Assembly (NCBI GenBank): GCA_052327205.1
Contig: CM126230.1
Span: 24,366,001 to 24,430,000, forward strand
Length of the DNA stretch: 64,000 bases
Direction: 5' to 3'
Source: Somniosus microcephalus
Lineage: Eukaryota
Both the position numbers and the translations under genes were made by a program. Numbering within the stretch: the stretch's first letter is position 1; each line of letters starts with the position of its first letter. Under the pieces are notes generated by a model. That model made no database searches. It was not told where the DNA came from and saw only the letters and a program-made list of their open reading frames with translations. Shown here piece by piece: positions 48,868 to 61,799 of this stretch.

Positions 48868-51800
48868 TTATGCTGTAGTGGAACTTCATCATCGCACATG
48901 GCCTTTATCGCCTTTTTAAAGGTTTGTACGAACCTCTCAGTCAATCCATTTGTGGCTGGATGATACGGGGCGGATGTGTAATGCCTTACCCCATTCCTTC
49001 TCATAAATTTCCGAAACTCTTTGGACACAAACTGTGGTCATTATCAGAGCAAATCTGCTCTGGCAAGCCGTTCCTGGCAAATATGGTCCGTAGGACTGCA
49101 ATCATTTTCTCTGCAGTGGTTGAGGACATTTATATCACCTCAGGCCATTTCGAGTGAGCATCCACTGCTATTAAGAACATTGAGTCCATGAATGGACCAG
49201 CAAAATCAATATGCACCCGTTGCCATGGAGAGGAGGGCCACGCCCATGGGTGTAGAGGGGCATGTGGTGGTGCATTTTGGACCTTCTGGCATCCTGAGCA
49301 GCTCTTGGTTAGGTCCTCGATTTGTTGATCAATCCCCGGCCACCACACATAAGCCCTAGCAAGGCTTTTCATTTTCACCCCTCCCAGATGACCTTCGTGA
49401 AGCTCATTGAGCACTCTCTCCCTTAACTTGGGTGGAATTACCACTCGGGATCCACACATCACTGTCCCCTGGCATACTGACAGCTGTTCTCTTCTGGATG
49501 AGAATGCTGGCAACAGTGAGTCGCCATGTGTTGGCCATCCCCTCACCGTCAAATCATATACCCGAGACAGTGTCGGATCATTGCGGGTCTCCTTCTCTAT
49601 ATCCGCGTTAGTTACTGGCAATCGTTCAATTATTGACGAATAAAATATCTCGATAGGGTCCACTACTGGTGCTTCCTCCACAGTAGGCAGTGGCAAGCGT
49701 GATAGCCCATCAGCGTTTCCATGCTGTTTCGTGCCTTTATATTCTATTTCATATTGGTTCGCCCCTAGAAAAAGGGACCATCTTTGTAACCGTTGTGCAG
49801 TCATCACCGGAACGCCCTTCTTTGGATTAAAGATGGAGACAAGTGGTTCGTGGTCAGTCAGCAAGGTGAACTTCTGTCCATGCAGATAGTGGTTGAATTT
49901 TTTTACTCCCCATACTAGGCTGAGGGTCTCCCTGTCGATCTGGGTGTAGTTGCGCTCAGCTGAGGTTAGTGACCGAGACGCAAAGGCTACTGGCCTCTCC
50001 AATCCGTCTGGGAATTTGTGCGACAGCACCGCTCCAATACCATAGGGTGATGCATCACATGCCAACCGAATTGGTAGTGCTGGGTTGAAATGGGCCAACA
50101 CCTCTTTTGATGTGATCAATTCTTTGCACTTCTGGAAAGCTCGTTTACATTCATCATTCCACTTCCATGATACCCCTGTTTGCAGTAGGGTGTTCAGTGG
50201 GTGTAATACTGTAGACAAATTTGGTAAGAACTTATGGTAGTAGTTCACCAACCCGAGGAACGACCTCAGTTGTGACACATTTTCCGGTGCTGGAGCCTTG
50301 ACTACTGCCTCAATCTTTTCAGGGGACTTATGTAACCCCTCTTCATCAATAACGTGGCCACAATACGAGATCTGCTTCTGGAAAAACTCGCACTTGTGGC
50401 GATTAGCTCGTAGCCCATATTCCTTTAATCTAGTGAGCACCTTCTCCAGGTTGGCGAGGTGATCACTGTCATTTTCACCCGTGACCAGGATGTCGTCCAA
50501 ATAACACTGGGTCCCTGGAATCCCTTGCAGGACTTGATCCATTGCCCTTTGCCAAATAGCCAGAGCCGATGCTACCCCGAACACCAGTCGGTTGTGTTGG
50601 TAGAGACCTTTATGAGTGTTGATCGTGAGGTATTGTTTCGAGGCTTCTTCTACCTCCATTTGCAAGTACGCCTGGGCCAGATCAATTTTGGTGAAGCGTT
50701 TACCTCCAGATAGCGAGGCGAAAATATCCTCATTCCGTGGAAGCGGATATTGTACCATGTGAAGGACTGGGTTCACTGTCACCTTAAAATCCCCACAGAT
50801 GTGGACTTTCTTCGGTTCCCCAGGCGTATTACTCAACGACCTCTTCATTACAGGAACGATGGGCGTAGCCCACTCGCTCCAGTCCACTTTGGACAGTACT
50901 CCTGAACGTTCCAACCCTTCCAGCTCTACTTCGGCGGCCTTAAGAAACTTTGGGCTTGCATTTTCCTCTATTTTAATCGTTGCTGTTATGCCTTTTAGTG
51001 TTCCGAGTCCCTCCTGGAACACTTCTTGTGCGTCAGTTAGCATTTTTGACAATCGTCCAGGTGTGACGTCGTCATCCTTTTTGGCCTCAACCTTCAGTGC
51101 CTGTATGGAATGCCAATCTAATTGTATCTTCCGGATCCATTCACGTCCTAGCAGTGGTGGTCCTCCATCTGGCAATACATATAGGTCCATTTTAGGTATT
51201 TCCTGGCCTTTGTATATCACTTTCACCCTTATTTTTCCTTTGGGGTAGACTTTTTGCCCCGTGTACGTCTTCAAGACAATCTCTGTAGCTTTCAAGGGTA
51301 TATGTGAAAATAGCCACTTGTAGTCCCTTTGGTTTATGACTGTTAGGGCTGATCCAGTGTCCAATTCCATTTTCACTTGGACTCCGTCTATCTTGAGTGT
51401 GACCCAGATAGTCTGGTGATCCTCCATTTTGATTACCTTATGTAGTTTCAGACAACCCAGCTCCTTGCTTCCGGAGTCTGTATCCCTTTTCTGTTTGTCT
51501 GAACTACTGTCCATCACCTTATGTACCTTTTTGTACTTCTCCTGTGGAGATTTCTTGCTGCTGGTTTTCTTCCCTGACCTGCAGACTCTTGCTATGTGTC
51601 CTGCTTTTCCTCACTGTCTGCAAACTTGGTCTTTGAACCAACAATCCTTCTGGTCGTGTGTTGTTCTGCCGCAGCGATAACACTTCCCTGCTCCATATGA
51701 CATTTCATTGGTGCCATATTCTTGCGGTCTCCATTGTATCTCTGCCGCCCCCCATGCAGCTGCTTCGTGTGATACTGCCATGCTGAAAGCCTTGTCCAGC

Positions 51801-52276
51801 GTAAGATCCTTTTATGATAGAAGCCGTTTCTGGGTTCCTTCACTTTGAAGCCCACACACAAACTTGTCCCTTAACGTATCTGCCAGTCCCCCTCCAAACT
51901 GGCAGTGTTTCGATAGCTTGCGCAGTTCCGTTAAGTGCTCAGCATTACTTTCGTCTTTATGCTGGTTCCTTTTGTGGAACTTAAATCTTTCTGCTATCAG
52001 CAGCGGTGTGGGGTTTAAGTGGTCCTGTAGGATTTCCACTATGTTTTCGAAATTCTTATTTACTGGCTTCTCTGGGGTTATTAGGTTTCGCAGTAAGCTA
52101 TAAGTTTTTGCACCCATGGAATTTAACAAAACCAGTGCTTTCTTAGCATCTGGCACTTCATTCGCCCTGCAGTACACCTCAATGCGTTCCACATATCTCG
52201 CCCAATCTTCGACTTCATTGTCGAACGCAGTGATACTGCCACTCTTCGGCATCCCTGAGTGTGATTTAACTGTCTA

Positions 52277-52456
52277 AAATGGCGTCTCCCGCGCTCTCCC
52301 TTCTTCTCCGCTGGCACAAAATGGTGTCTCCCGCGCTTTTCTTTCTTCCCGCGCTCGCCCTTCTACTCCGCTGCGGCTTCTAAAATGGCATCTCCCGCGC
52401 TCTCCCTTCTTCTCCGCGGCTCAATGGCGTCTCCCGCGCTCTCCCTTCTTCTCCCC
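52277..52456. repeat. Imperfect tandem repeat in the G2 5' UTR (4 units)
   Basis: aatggcgtctcccgcgctctcccttcttctcc units. Confidence 0.85.
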
Positions 52457-53484
52457 GTGGACGCGGTTCAGCCCTTGAGCCCTGGCTGTGTTCTGCGCAT
52501 TCTCCTGTGCGCCTTTCCCGTTGCCGTCGCTCGGTCCTGAACCCGGCTGCTGCTTTACCCTCTCTCTCTCTGTTTTGTTTTTCCTCGACGCCGTTCGGTT
52601 TTCAACCCCCGGCTGCGCCCTGTGCGCTTCACCCTCTCTCTTACCCCGTCGACGCTGCTCGGCTTTTTCTCTGCCGTCGGTCGGCTCCAGCCGCCACTGT
52701 CCAGGAAGGGTCTGCGCTGTACCTGTTGCCAGTCTGTTGCTGGATCGTCGTGGCTAGGGAACCAAGCCCGGCTCTCAACAGCCTCCCCTGCGATGTTCAC
52801 TCTCTGCCGGATGACTGGGCGGTTGCTCGTGGTCGACGCCCGTGCTTCTGGCCTCGACTTTCTTCCACCGCCCTCCCGGATCGAATCCTTGAAGGGAAAT
52901 GCAGAGTTGCAGGCAGATTCGAATCGACCTCGTCGCCACTGTTGAATCCGTGATTCTTAAAGTATGATGTTTTCCAATAACTACACGGAGGCTGTAACTT
53001 AACAATCAACAGGTGTTTACTGGAGTAGGGTAGTCTCAAGACTGACAGTACCGAGGCATGCTCAAGGCTTATATACAGGTGTGGTCACTGCCGGTACTAC
53101 AGTATACAGGAGCTGTAAAAGTAGTTCTCTCTTAAAGGTACATACACTACACTAATGTTCTTATGTTCCTTACACGTGATGCTTTTCCTCACCCAATGTG
53201 TCTTGGATTTATAAACAAATAAGAAGAGGGTTGATTTACAACTTTTTCCATGAAAATGGTGCTTCTTTAAACGGTGTTGATATCTGATTGGGGTTTGCAT
53301 AAGTGAAGCTGCTGGAAAGCCTGTGCTCTGACAATACCTGGTCCTCTAGCAGTGTAAGAACACATCAAGTCTGGTGATAAAGAGCCGCTGATTTTGCCTC
53401 TGGTTAATTTAGATCATGAAAACATTTAAGTGACAAAATTATTATACTTTCTAAATTTATTAGAAAGGAAGACACATTCTGAGA

Positions 53485-53895
53485 AACATTCCAAAGCACT
53501 TCATTTACAATGAATGTCTTTGTAGTGCAGTGACTGTTATTATGTAAGCAAGCACGGCAGCCATTTTGTGCATAGCAAGATCCAAGAAACAGCAATGAGA
53601 TGAATGAGCAATCGATATGTTCTTGGGTTGAGGGAGGATGGGTGGCCAAGACAATTCCTTGCTTTGGTTGAATCATAGGATCCTAACATCTACCTCAGTT
53701 TAGCATCTCATTCAAAGGACAGAACGTAGAATCATACAGCACAGAAGGAGGTCATTCAGCCCATCATGCCTCTGACAATACAGCACTGCCTCACTACTGC
53801 ATTGGAGCATCAGTCTACACCATGTGCTTAAATGGGACTAGAATTCACAGCCTCCTGCATGAGAGGCGAGTATTATTGAATGAGCCAAGATAACA
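53485..53895 (-). mobile_element. Old degraded DeuSINE
   Basis: Diverged match to the Deu core and tRNA head. Confidence 0.65.
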
Positions 53896-54621
53896 CCAAT
53901 AAGAAAATAAACCTCTAGTACTGTTTATAATGTAATGGCATCTATGTTCAGCTCCAATTACATAATCTTATAAAAGCTACCATTGTACAAGCTTAGTTGT
54001 AAATTGAAAAACAGTTTACCCTGACAGGAATGTCTTTCAGTGGAAAACAGAGTAATTAAGTATAAAACAAATGCAAGGAAGCAAATGTTTTTATACATTT
54101 GAAAATTTTATAAAGCATTTTTTTAAAGTTGCCAAAAGGTAAGAAGGAGTGAGTTCTCAAGGGACACATCCTTTTGAGCAAAGGAGGACGGTAGTCTAGG
54201 CTATAAGACTAGGTTTGCTGCTTATTGTCAGAACACCATCTGCAGGAGTCAGCCTTGGCTGGATACCTTCCTGTAACAAAACAAAGCCACAGAATATAAA
54301 AAAGTATGAACAGGAAGGTGCTCAGAACATAATCAGATACACATAGCAACCAAATATAGGGTGGTGGTTGGGAAACCGTTGATTCTAAACTGGATTCTAA
54401 AAAGTAAATAGTTCACCTAGTCATAAATCATGGGAAACTTCTGATTCTGAAACAAGTCCAATACAAAATAACCACTTTTACAGTTAGGAAACAACACCCT
54501 ACCGAGTCTCTCACTACAGACTGAGCGACATAATGCCGTCCCTCATCATCTGTGCTGGGACGCCAGTAGAACTTGGGAAAGACTGAAGTCCAGAATCATC
54601 TGATAGTTGATTGATACAGTG

Positions 54622-55003
54622 TTAGCCATGGCTCAGTGGGTAGCACTTCGCCTCTGAGTCAGAAGATTGTGGGTTCTAAGTCCCACTCCAAGAGACTTGA
54701 GCACAAAAATCTAGGCCGACAATACAGTGCTGAGGGAGTGCTGCACTGTCGGAGGTGCTGTCTTTCGGATGAGATTTAAATCTAAACGTTCTGCTTTCTC
54801 AGGTGGATGTAAAAGATCCCATGGTACTATTTCGAAGAAGAGCAGGGGAGTTCTCCCCAATGTCCTGGCCAATATTTATCCCTCAAATCAACATAACAAA
54901 AGCAGATTATATGGTCATTATCACATTGTTGTTTGTGGGAGCTTGCTGTGCGCAAAGTGGCTGCTGTGTTTCCCACATTACAACAGTGACTCCAATTCAA
55001 AAA
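54622..55003 (+). mobile_element. DeuSINE
   Basis: A/B boxes and Deu core. Confidence 0.88.
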
Positions 55004-55140
55004 GTTTGAAAAATGAAAAAGTTTGTCAACTATAAAGGAATTATTTCAGTGCAATCACTGGGACAAAGTTACATGCATTCAAGATATTAAACATCATTTA
55101 AATATTGAAAATCTGCCAATAATCAACCTTTTACACAAGA

Positions 55141-55345
55141 TTGGCTGTAAAGCATTTTGGAACGTCCAGTGGTCATGAAAGGCGCTATATAGAACATAAG
55201 AACAAAAGAACATAAGAAATAGGAGCAGGAGGAGGCCATTTGGCCCCTCGAGCCTGCTCCGCCATTCAATAAAATCATGGCTGATCTGGTCTTGACCTCA
55301 ACTCCACTTACCTGCAAATGCATATAAACTCAAGTCTTTCTTTTC
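55141..55345. mobile_element. DeuSINE tail (+) with an inserted CR1 tail (-, ~55190-55315)
   Basis: gaaaggcgctatata | agaacataag...ctcaactccactt | caagtctttctttt. Confidence 0.7.
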
Positions 55346-55499
55346 TTTTCAGTGTTAGAGCCTATTTTCTACATGGCTGCTTTGAGAGCAGAGGCAAACC
55401 TAAGAGCAAGTCTTAATTCCAACAACTTTCAGCAGCGATCTAATCCAGTGGTTTTAAGTTTGCCTTTACATTTAGGCCTAGGTGCACACAGACTGCTGT

Positions 55500-55962
<463 letters not shown>

Positions 55963-56027
55963 TTGTCGATCTCGGAATCTTTGAGCTAGTGTGTTGGATT
56001 CTTTCTGGGTTCCTCTTCTCTCTCTTC

Positions 56028-56440
56028 TCATAGGCAGTCTCTCAGAACCGAGGATGACTTGCTTTCTCACTAAAAATGAGTTCTCAGGTGACTGATGAGT
56101 CCAATGCGGGACCTACAGTCTCTGTCACAGGTGGGGCAGACGGTGGTTGAAGGGGCGGGTGGGTGGGTTGCTTGGGTTGATGTGCGCTCCTTCCGCTGTT
56201 TTGCGCTTGGCTTCCGCTTGCTCCCGGCGAAGAGACTCGAGGTGTTCGGCGCCTTCCTCCACTTTGTGCGGTCTTGGGCCAGGGATTCCCAGGTGTCGCA
56301 CTTTTTCAAGGAGGCTTTGAGGGTGCCCTTGAAGCATTTCCTCTGCCCACCTGGGGCTCTCTTGCCGTGCCGGAGCTCCGAGTAGAGCGCTTGCTTTGGG
56401 AGTCTTGTATTGGGCATGCGGACGATGTGGCCCATCCATC
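56028..56440 (-). mobile_element. RTE-clade (BovB-like) LINE 3' fragment
   Basis: GHIVRMPNTRLPKQALYSEL..GKR..GGQRK..TWESLAQDR..CPTCDRDCRSRIGLISHLRTH. Confidence 0.9.
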
Positions 56441-56839
56441 GGAGCTGATCGCTCTGGGTTCCCAGTCAGAGAGAAAGAAACAAAGTGCTCTGCATTCCTG
56501 GCCCTCTCAAAATTAGCCTTCTTCCTGTAAAATGCCGGTATTTTGCTGTACTGAAGTGTCTCAGGTTGCAAATTTTGTCACAATTTGAAAAGTGGTTTCA
56601 GCTTTGTATCGACGTGTTATAACTCAGGTGTGAGTTTGCTCAGGTAACTGACCACAGTATAACTGCAACCCGTCTCCACTGAACTACAAAAGGTTCCCAG
56701 GCAGTCCCATCAGCTTGTCACCAACATTAACATTTAACCAGGGTTTGGACACCACCGTGCACAGTTCTGCTTTGCTTGGCCAGACATGAATGGTGGAACA
56801 GCAGTGTAACCTGGGCTCACTTGCCGTGCATCAATTTAA

Positions 56840-57240
56840 GCATTGCAATTTGTTGCTAAATATCGGGAAGACCGAAGTCATTGTCTTCGGTTGCCGCCGC
56901 AAACGCCATTCCCTAGCCACCGACTCCATCCCTCTCCCAGGCAACTATCTGAGGCTGAACCAGACCGTTTGCAACCTTGGTGTCTTATTTTACCCCGAGA
57001 TGAGCTTCCAACCAAATATCCACTCCATCACCAAGACTGCCGACTTCCAAATCCGTAACTTCGCCTGACTTCGCCCCTGCCTCAGCTCATCTGCTGCTGA
57101 AACCCTCACCCATGCCTTTGTTACCTTTAGACTTGACTCCTGGCCGGCCTCCCATCTTCCACCCAACATGAACTTGAGCTCATCCAAAACTCTGCTGCCC
57201 GTAGTCTAACTCCCGTTCACCCATCACCCCCTTGCTTGCA
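56840..57240 (+). mobile_element. L2 LINE ORF2 fragment
   Basis: LNIGKTEVIVFG...VCNLGVLF.PEMSF...AAETLTHAFVT.RLD. Confidence 0.85.
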
Positions 57241-57244
57241 CTGC

Positions 57245-57365
57245 TTCCTTGCCGGGGCGGTAAGCCCAATTAAGCGGCCGGGGCAGTACTCCCGCGCCGG
57301 GCGCTAAATGTCGGGCGCTAATTTGGTTACCGCCCCCAGACAGGGCATAACTGAATTTCGCCCCC
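57245..57365. mobile_element. Harbinger right-end remnant
   Basis: GGCGCTAA motifs ending in ctgaatttcgccccc. Confidence 0.55.
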
Positions 57366-57571
57366 AAACAGTTTGCATGTATGCATTTTCCTTTGACAAA
57401 TTTGAGCCTATGTCCCCTTATCCTTCTGCCACAGTTTAGCTTAAAGTGTTCCTTGATCTACCTTTTCTGTCCTGTTTGTGATCTTACAGACCTCTTTTTG
57501 ACCACTTCTACAAGGAACGGTACTTCCTTTCAAAGCCCACGTTTCTCCAGTCCTGCCTTATCACTCGGTTG

Positions 57572-57697
57572 GAAATTGGCTGCCGCGTTTCCTGCATTAC
57601 AAGTGTGACTACACTTCAAAAGTACTTCATTGGCTGTAAAGCGCTTTGGGGTGTCCTGAGGTCGCGAAAGGCGCTATATAAATGCAAGTCTTTCCTT
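57572..57697 (+). mobile_element. DeuSINE 3' tail
   Basis: aaattggctgccgcgtttcc...ggcgctatataaatgcaagtcttt. Confidence 0.85.
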
Positions 57698-58157
57698 CTA
57701 GTTCTCTGATGTCGGAGATCAGTTCATGGCTCTTCTCCAAACTGCTGTCAGGACACGAATAACTATTTCCTGTTTTGGTGGCCGGAACTGGACATAGTAG
57801 TTAGTTTCAGCATGAATTCCTCCAACTGGCACTCAAATGTTTTGGCTGTCTGGTTCACCATTCCATTTGCTTTGTTGATGGCTACTCTGCAGTGAATGGA
57901 CATGTTGAGTGGCAGATCGACTAAGAGAAAGATTTGCATTAATATAGCAACCTTTCATGACCTCAAGATGTCTCAAAGTGCTTTACAACCAGTGGAGCAC
58001 TTTTGAAGTGCAGTCAATGTTTTAATATAGGAAACGCGTCAGCCAATTTGCGCACAGCAAGCTCCCACAAACTGAAATGGAATAATTGGCCAGACCATCT
58101 GTTTTAGTTACAGAAAATGCTGGAAATACTCAGCAGCATCTGTGGAGAGAGAAAGAG

Positions 58158-58194
58158 AGTTAACGTTTCAGGTCGATTAACCTTCGTCAGAACT
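58158..58194 (-). ncRNA. Minimal type I hammerhead ribozyme motif
   Basis: agtt-CTGACGA-aggtt-aatc-gacct-GAAACGTT-aact. Confidence 0.7.
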
Positions 58195-58210
58195 CCTCAA
58201 GGCCTGACGC

Positions 58211-58247
58211 AGTTCTGACGAAGGGTCATCGACCTGAAACGTTAACT
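58211..58247 (+). ncRNA. Minimal type I hammerhead ribozyme motif
   Basis: agtt-CTGACGA-a-gggtc-atc-gacct-GAAACGTT-aact. Confidence 0.72.
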
Positions 58248-58841
58248 CTCTTTCTCGCTCCACAGATGCTGCCTGACCTGCTGAGTATTTCCAGCATTTT
58301 CTGTTTTTATTTCAGATTTCCAGCATCCGCAGTATTTTGGTTTTGCATCTGTTTTAGTTGTTGGTTGAGGGGTCACTTCCTCAGTACTACACTGTAGCGG
58401 CAGCCCAGATTATGTGCTCAAGTCTCTGGAGTGGGACATGAACCCACAACTCAGAGGTGAGTGCGTGATCACTGAACCACGGCTGACTCAATCCTACTAA
58501 AACCCCGAGATCTCTTTCAACTTCATTTTTAGCTGTTTCACCATTCATAGAATACTCATGGCCCTCATTTTTATTTGTTTTGTGCAAAATTTGTCTGCAT
58601 TAAATTTTATCTTTCCATGATTTGCCAATTTTATCTAACTCATTTTGCACATCCTGAGCCTAGTTTGGTAGCAGCTGCAAATTTGAGCCATTTGCGTTGA
58701 GTTTCTGAATCCAAGTTGTTAATGTAAATTAGAAACAGGGTTTTAACAATGTTCCCTGGTACATCACACGCCACTTCCCCCAACCCAACATAACTCTCTG
58801 AACAAGTACCCCCTGCTCCCTGCCCTTTAGACAAGTGTTTA

Positions 58842-59225
58842 AGAACATAAGAAATAGGAGCAGGAGTAGGCCATTTGGGCCTTCGAGCCTGCTCTGCCAT
58901 TCAGTAAGATCATGGCTGATCTTCTACCTCATCTCCACTTTCCTGCACTATCCCCATAGCCCTTGATTCCCTTAATATTCAAAAGTCTATTGATCTCTGT
59001 CTTGAATATACTCAATGACTGAGCCTCCACAGCCCTTTGGGGTAGAGAATTCCAAAATTCACCACCTTCTAAGTGAAGAAATTTCTCCTCATCTCAGTCC
59101 TAAATGGCCGACCCCTTATTCTGAGACTGTGACCCCTGGTTCCAGACTCCCCAGCCAGGGGAAACATCTTCCCTGCATTTACCCTTTCAAGCCCTGTAAG
59201 AATTTTGTATGTTTCAATGAGATCA
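58842..59225 (-). mobile_element. CR1 3' fragment
   Basis: (cataagaa) tail and ORF2 end. Confidence 0.9.
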
Positions 59226-59229
59226 CTGA

Positions 59230-59453
59230 TGTAAGAAAACTACTAGGCACTTGGTCTAAGCATTAAACAAAGCGTTAATCAACTGTTTTACAACATGGAG
59301 ATCTAGTTGTGTCCTTCACTAGTTCCTGTTAAGAATGTCCTGCGCAAGCTGGGCCCGTGCCTGAGTATTTATACTCTCCCTGGTCAGCGCCACCCGTAGG
59401 CCGCTCAGTATTATTTCAGAAGTCTTTCTTTCATGAATGACTGATTCATGTCA
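59230..59453 (-). mobile_element. Probable solo LTR, 224 bp
   Basis: TG...CA termini, flanking CTGA duplication, TATAAATA on the minus strand. Confidence 0.55.
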
Positions 59454-60479
59454 CTGATATTCACTAAAAGTGGACAGAAAAATTCCTTGACCAGTTTCTG
59501 TACTAATGGGTTCTGTACAGATGAATGTGATCGCCTCAATGCCATGTCTGTCCTTGTGCTTGACCCTGGAAAGCACTGAGGGCAGAGGAACTGGACATTG
59601 GAATGGGGTATTATACAGAAAGGACCAAACTCTAAATCATTGTTGAGCTGAACAGCTGGCTTACAAATAAAGTTAGAATCTTTTTCACCAAAAGCAAATC
59701 ACCTACCGAGGCTCGAATTCCACCAGAAGGCACCTTTTAAAAAGAAAGTGCTATTACTGAACTGTACAATTACAATTACAATTTATGGGAAGGATGGATA
59801 ATGCAACTTGGAATTTTTCAATCTTTCACGGTGGTCTAAGTAAAGGAAATGTCTACTTCTTGTAAATCTATTTTATATTATCAATATTGACATTTTAAAC
59901 AATCCAAATTACCAGAAATATTGACGCTAAAAAAAATTGGAAAGGAAATAGAATATTCAAACACTTCAGAGACAATACTACTGCCCTGAGCACTCATTGT
60001 GCTCCATTTTCACTTTTACACTCATCGGCGGAGGCTTCTTTCAAAGTGACATAGGAAGCAGCTGCTTCATCCGCTCCCAGATTCTGGCAGCTCCTATCTT
60101 GCTATTTCTACGAAGCTTCCTTTTAAGAGATTAAACCAGAAGAAAGTTTAAACCAATAAAGATGGCCATCCGTTTTACGTGTGACAATGTTTGCACAGTG
60201 CAAATCATTTTCCCTTTTAATAAGAAATGTTTGGAACTCCCCCAGTGACTAAGGTGGTAAATGAGACGCTCAAGGTGGAATCCAGCCATGCAAAGCTGGA
60301 ATGTCCCAGGTTCAGGTTCTCAGTCGGTGATGAATTGGCTGACCTCAGAAGGACTAGCAGTCCTAGGCTGGGGAGGGGGACAGATTCAACCAACGTTCTT
60401 ACTCCAAATCACAATCTAGTGTATCCTGCTCGAAAGTGTGGATGTTTTGTTTTTAATCTATTTCTTCTCGGGATGTTTT

Positions 60480-61115
60480 TTTTGGCCCATTCTCGGGACA
60501 TGGGCGTCGCCGACAAGGCCGGCATTTATTTCCCATCCCTAGTTGCCCTGAGAAGGTGGTGGTGGGCCATGTTCTTGAACTGCTGCAGATTTTACTCTTT
60601 GTAACACTTTGCTACAATTGAGTGGCTTGCTGGGCTACTTCAGAGGGCAGTTAAGAGTCAACCATGTTGGTGTGGGACTGGAGTCACATATAGGCCAGAC
60701 TAGTGTGATATCTGAGTGGTAAGGTCAGAAACTGAGAGAAGCGAGATATTAGGAACAAAACCCAACTGTTTATTTACCCGGTGTAGCAGAGAGACATAGC
60801 TCTTACCAGCTGGAGGCAAAGCACATTTCTTACTGCACGAGCACCAAGATGGAGGATCCACCTCTGAGTCATACCCATAATGCAATGCCACATTACCGTA
60901 TTAACTGGTGTACTAGGACATTGAATACATGACCCATTACCTTAAATACTGGTGCATGTGATCCCTTAATATTTGGCTCCATCTGGTGGATAACTTAAAC
61001 ATTACATCCCAGATTACTATAACCAGGTAACAAAGGCAGGTTTCCTTCCCTGGAAAACATTAATGAACCAGTTGGGTTTTTACTGATATCACTTTTTAAA
61101 CTAAATTCAAATTCT
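60480..61115 (-). mobile_element. tRNA-derived SINE (30848 family) split by a solo LTR
   Basis: Reverse complement of the 30848-31246 consensus on both sides of 60704-61021. Confidence 0.8.
60704..61021 (-). mobile_element. Solo LTR, 318 bp
   Basis: TG...TA termini; TSD ACTAG/ACCAG (1 mismatch); AATAAA on the minus strand; interrupts a SINE. Confidence 0.72.
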
Positions 61116-61119
61116 CAAA

Positions 61120-61798
61120 CAGGAGGAGGAGGGTCCATGAACATCCCCATCCTCAATGATGGCGGATCCCAGCATATAAGTGCTAAAGACAAGGCTGAAG
61201 TGTTCATAACCATATCCTGTCCACAAAAAATACAAATCCAATCTGGCCAATTACCGCCCCATCAGCCTATTCCCAATCGTCAGCAAAGTGATGGAAGGAG
61301 TCGTCAACAGTGCTATTCATGTGGCACTTACTCACCAATAACCTGCTCACCAATGCTCAGTTTGGGTTCCACCAGGACCACACAGCTCTTAAACACATCT
61401 CTGCCTTGGTCCAAACATGGACACAAGAGTTGAATTCCAGAGGTGAGGTGAGGCGAGAGTGACTGCCCTTGACATCAAGGCAGCATTTGACCAAGTGTGG
61501 CACCAAGGCGTCCTAGTAAAACTGAAGTCAATGGGGATTAGGAGGAAAAGTCTCAAGTGGCTGGAGTCCTACCTGGCACAAAGGAAGATGGTTGTGGTTG
61601 TTGGAGGTCAATCATTTCAGCCCAAGATACTGCTGCAGGTGTTCCTCAGGGCAGTGTCCTAGACCCAACCATCTTCAGCTGTTTCATCAATGATCTTCCC
61701 TCCATCACAAGGTCAGAAGTGGGGCTGTTCACTAATGTACAGTGTTCAGCTTCATTTGTATTTCCTCAGATAATGAAACAGTATATGCCTGCAATATG
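61120..61798 (+). mobile_element. Degraded CR1-type RT fragments (second family)
   Basis: ALDIKAAFDQVWH...WLESYL; GVPQGSVL.P..FS.FINDL. Confidence 0.82.
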
Positions 61799-61799
61799 T

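Larger units (their letters stand above)
43560..52252 (-). pseudogene. G2 gag-pol, integrase split by G3 (52252-48873 and 44096-43560)
   Basis: Gag 52252-51812; ELDTGS protease; YLDD RT; CDASPYG RNase H; integrase HEGH...WWP; several frameshifts and stops; frame resumes at HKVDNFLLAYRNATH after G3. Confidence 0.93.
43262..53151 (-). mobile_element. Full-length Gypsy (Mag-like) element G2, host of nested G3
   Basis: 212-bp LTRs at 43262-43473 and 52940-53151 (1 mismatch); TSD CTAAT; PBS TGGCGACGAGG matching tRNA-Ser(GCT); PPT AAAAGGGGAGGAA; inserted in a CR1 tail. Confidence 0.96.
58110..58345. mobile_element. Penelope-like inverted-repeat (hairpin) insertion
   Basis: Arms 58110-58194 and 58211-58304, 16-nt spacer; 14-bp TSD CATCTGTTTTAGTT (58096-58109, 58346-58359). 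Confidence 0.88.
57926..58487 (-). mobile_element. DeuSINE interrupted by a Penelope-like hairpin
   Basis: SINE consensus on both sides of 58110-58345. Confidence 0.8.

Noticed and set aside
54198-54600. Possible minus-strand host exons (acceptor near 54272, donor near 54500)
   Set aside because: Splice-like signals are present, but the peptides match nothing I recognise and contain early stops; RNA-seq would be needed.
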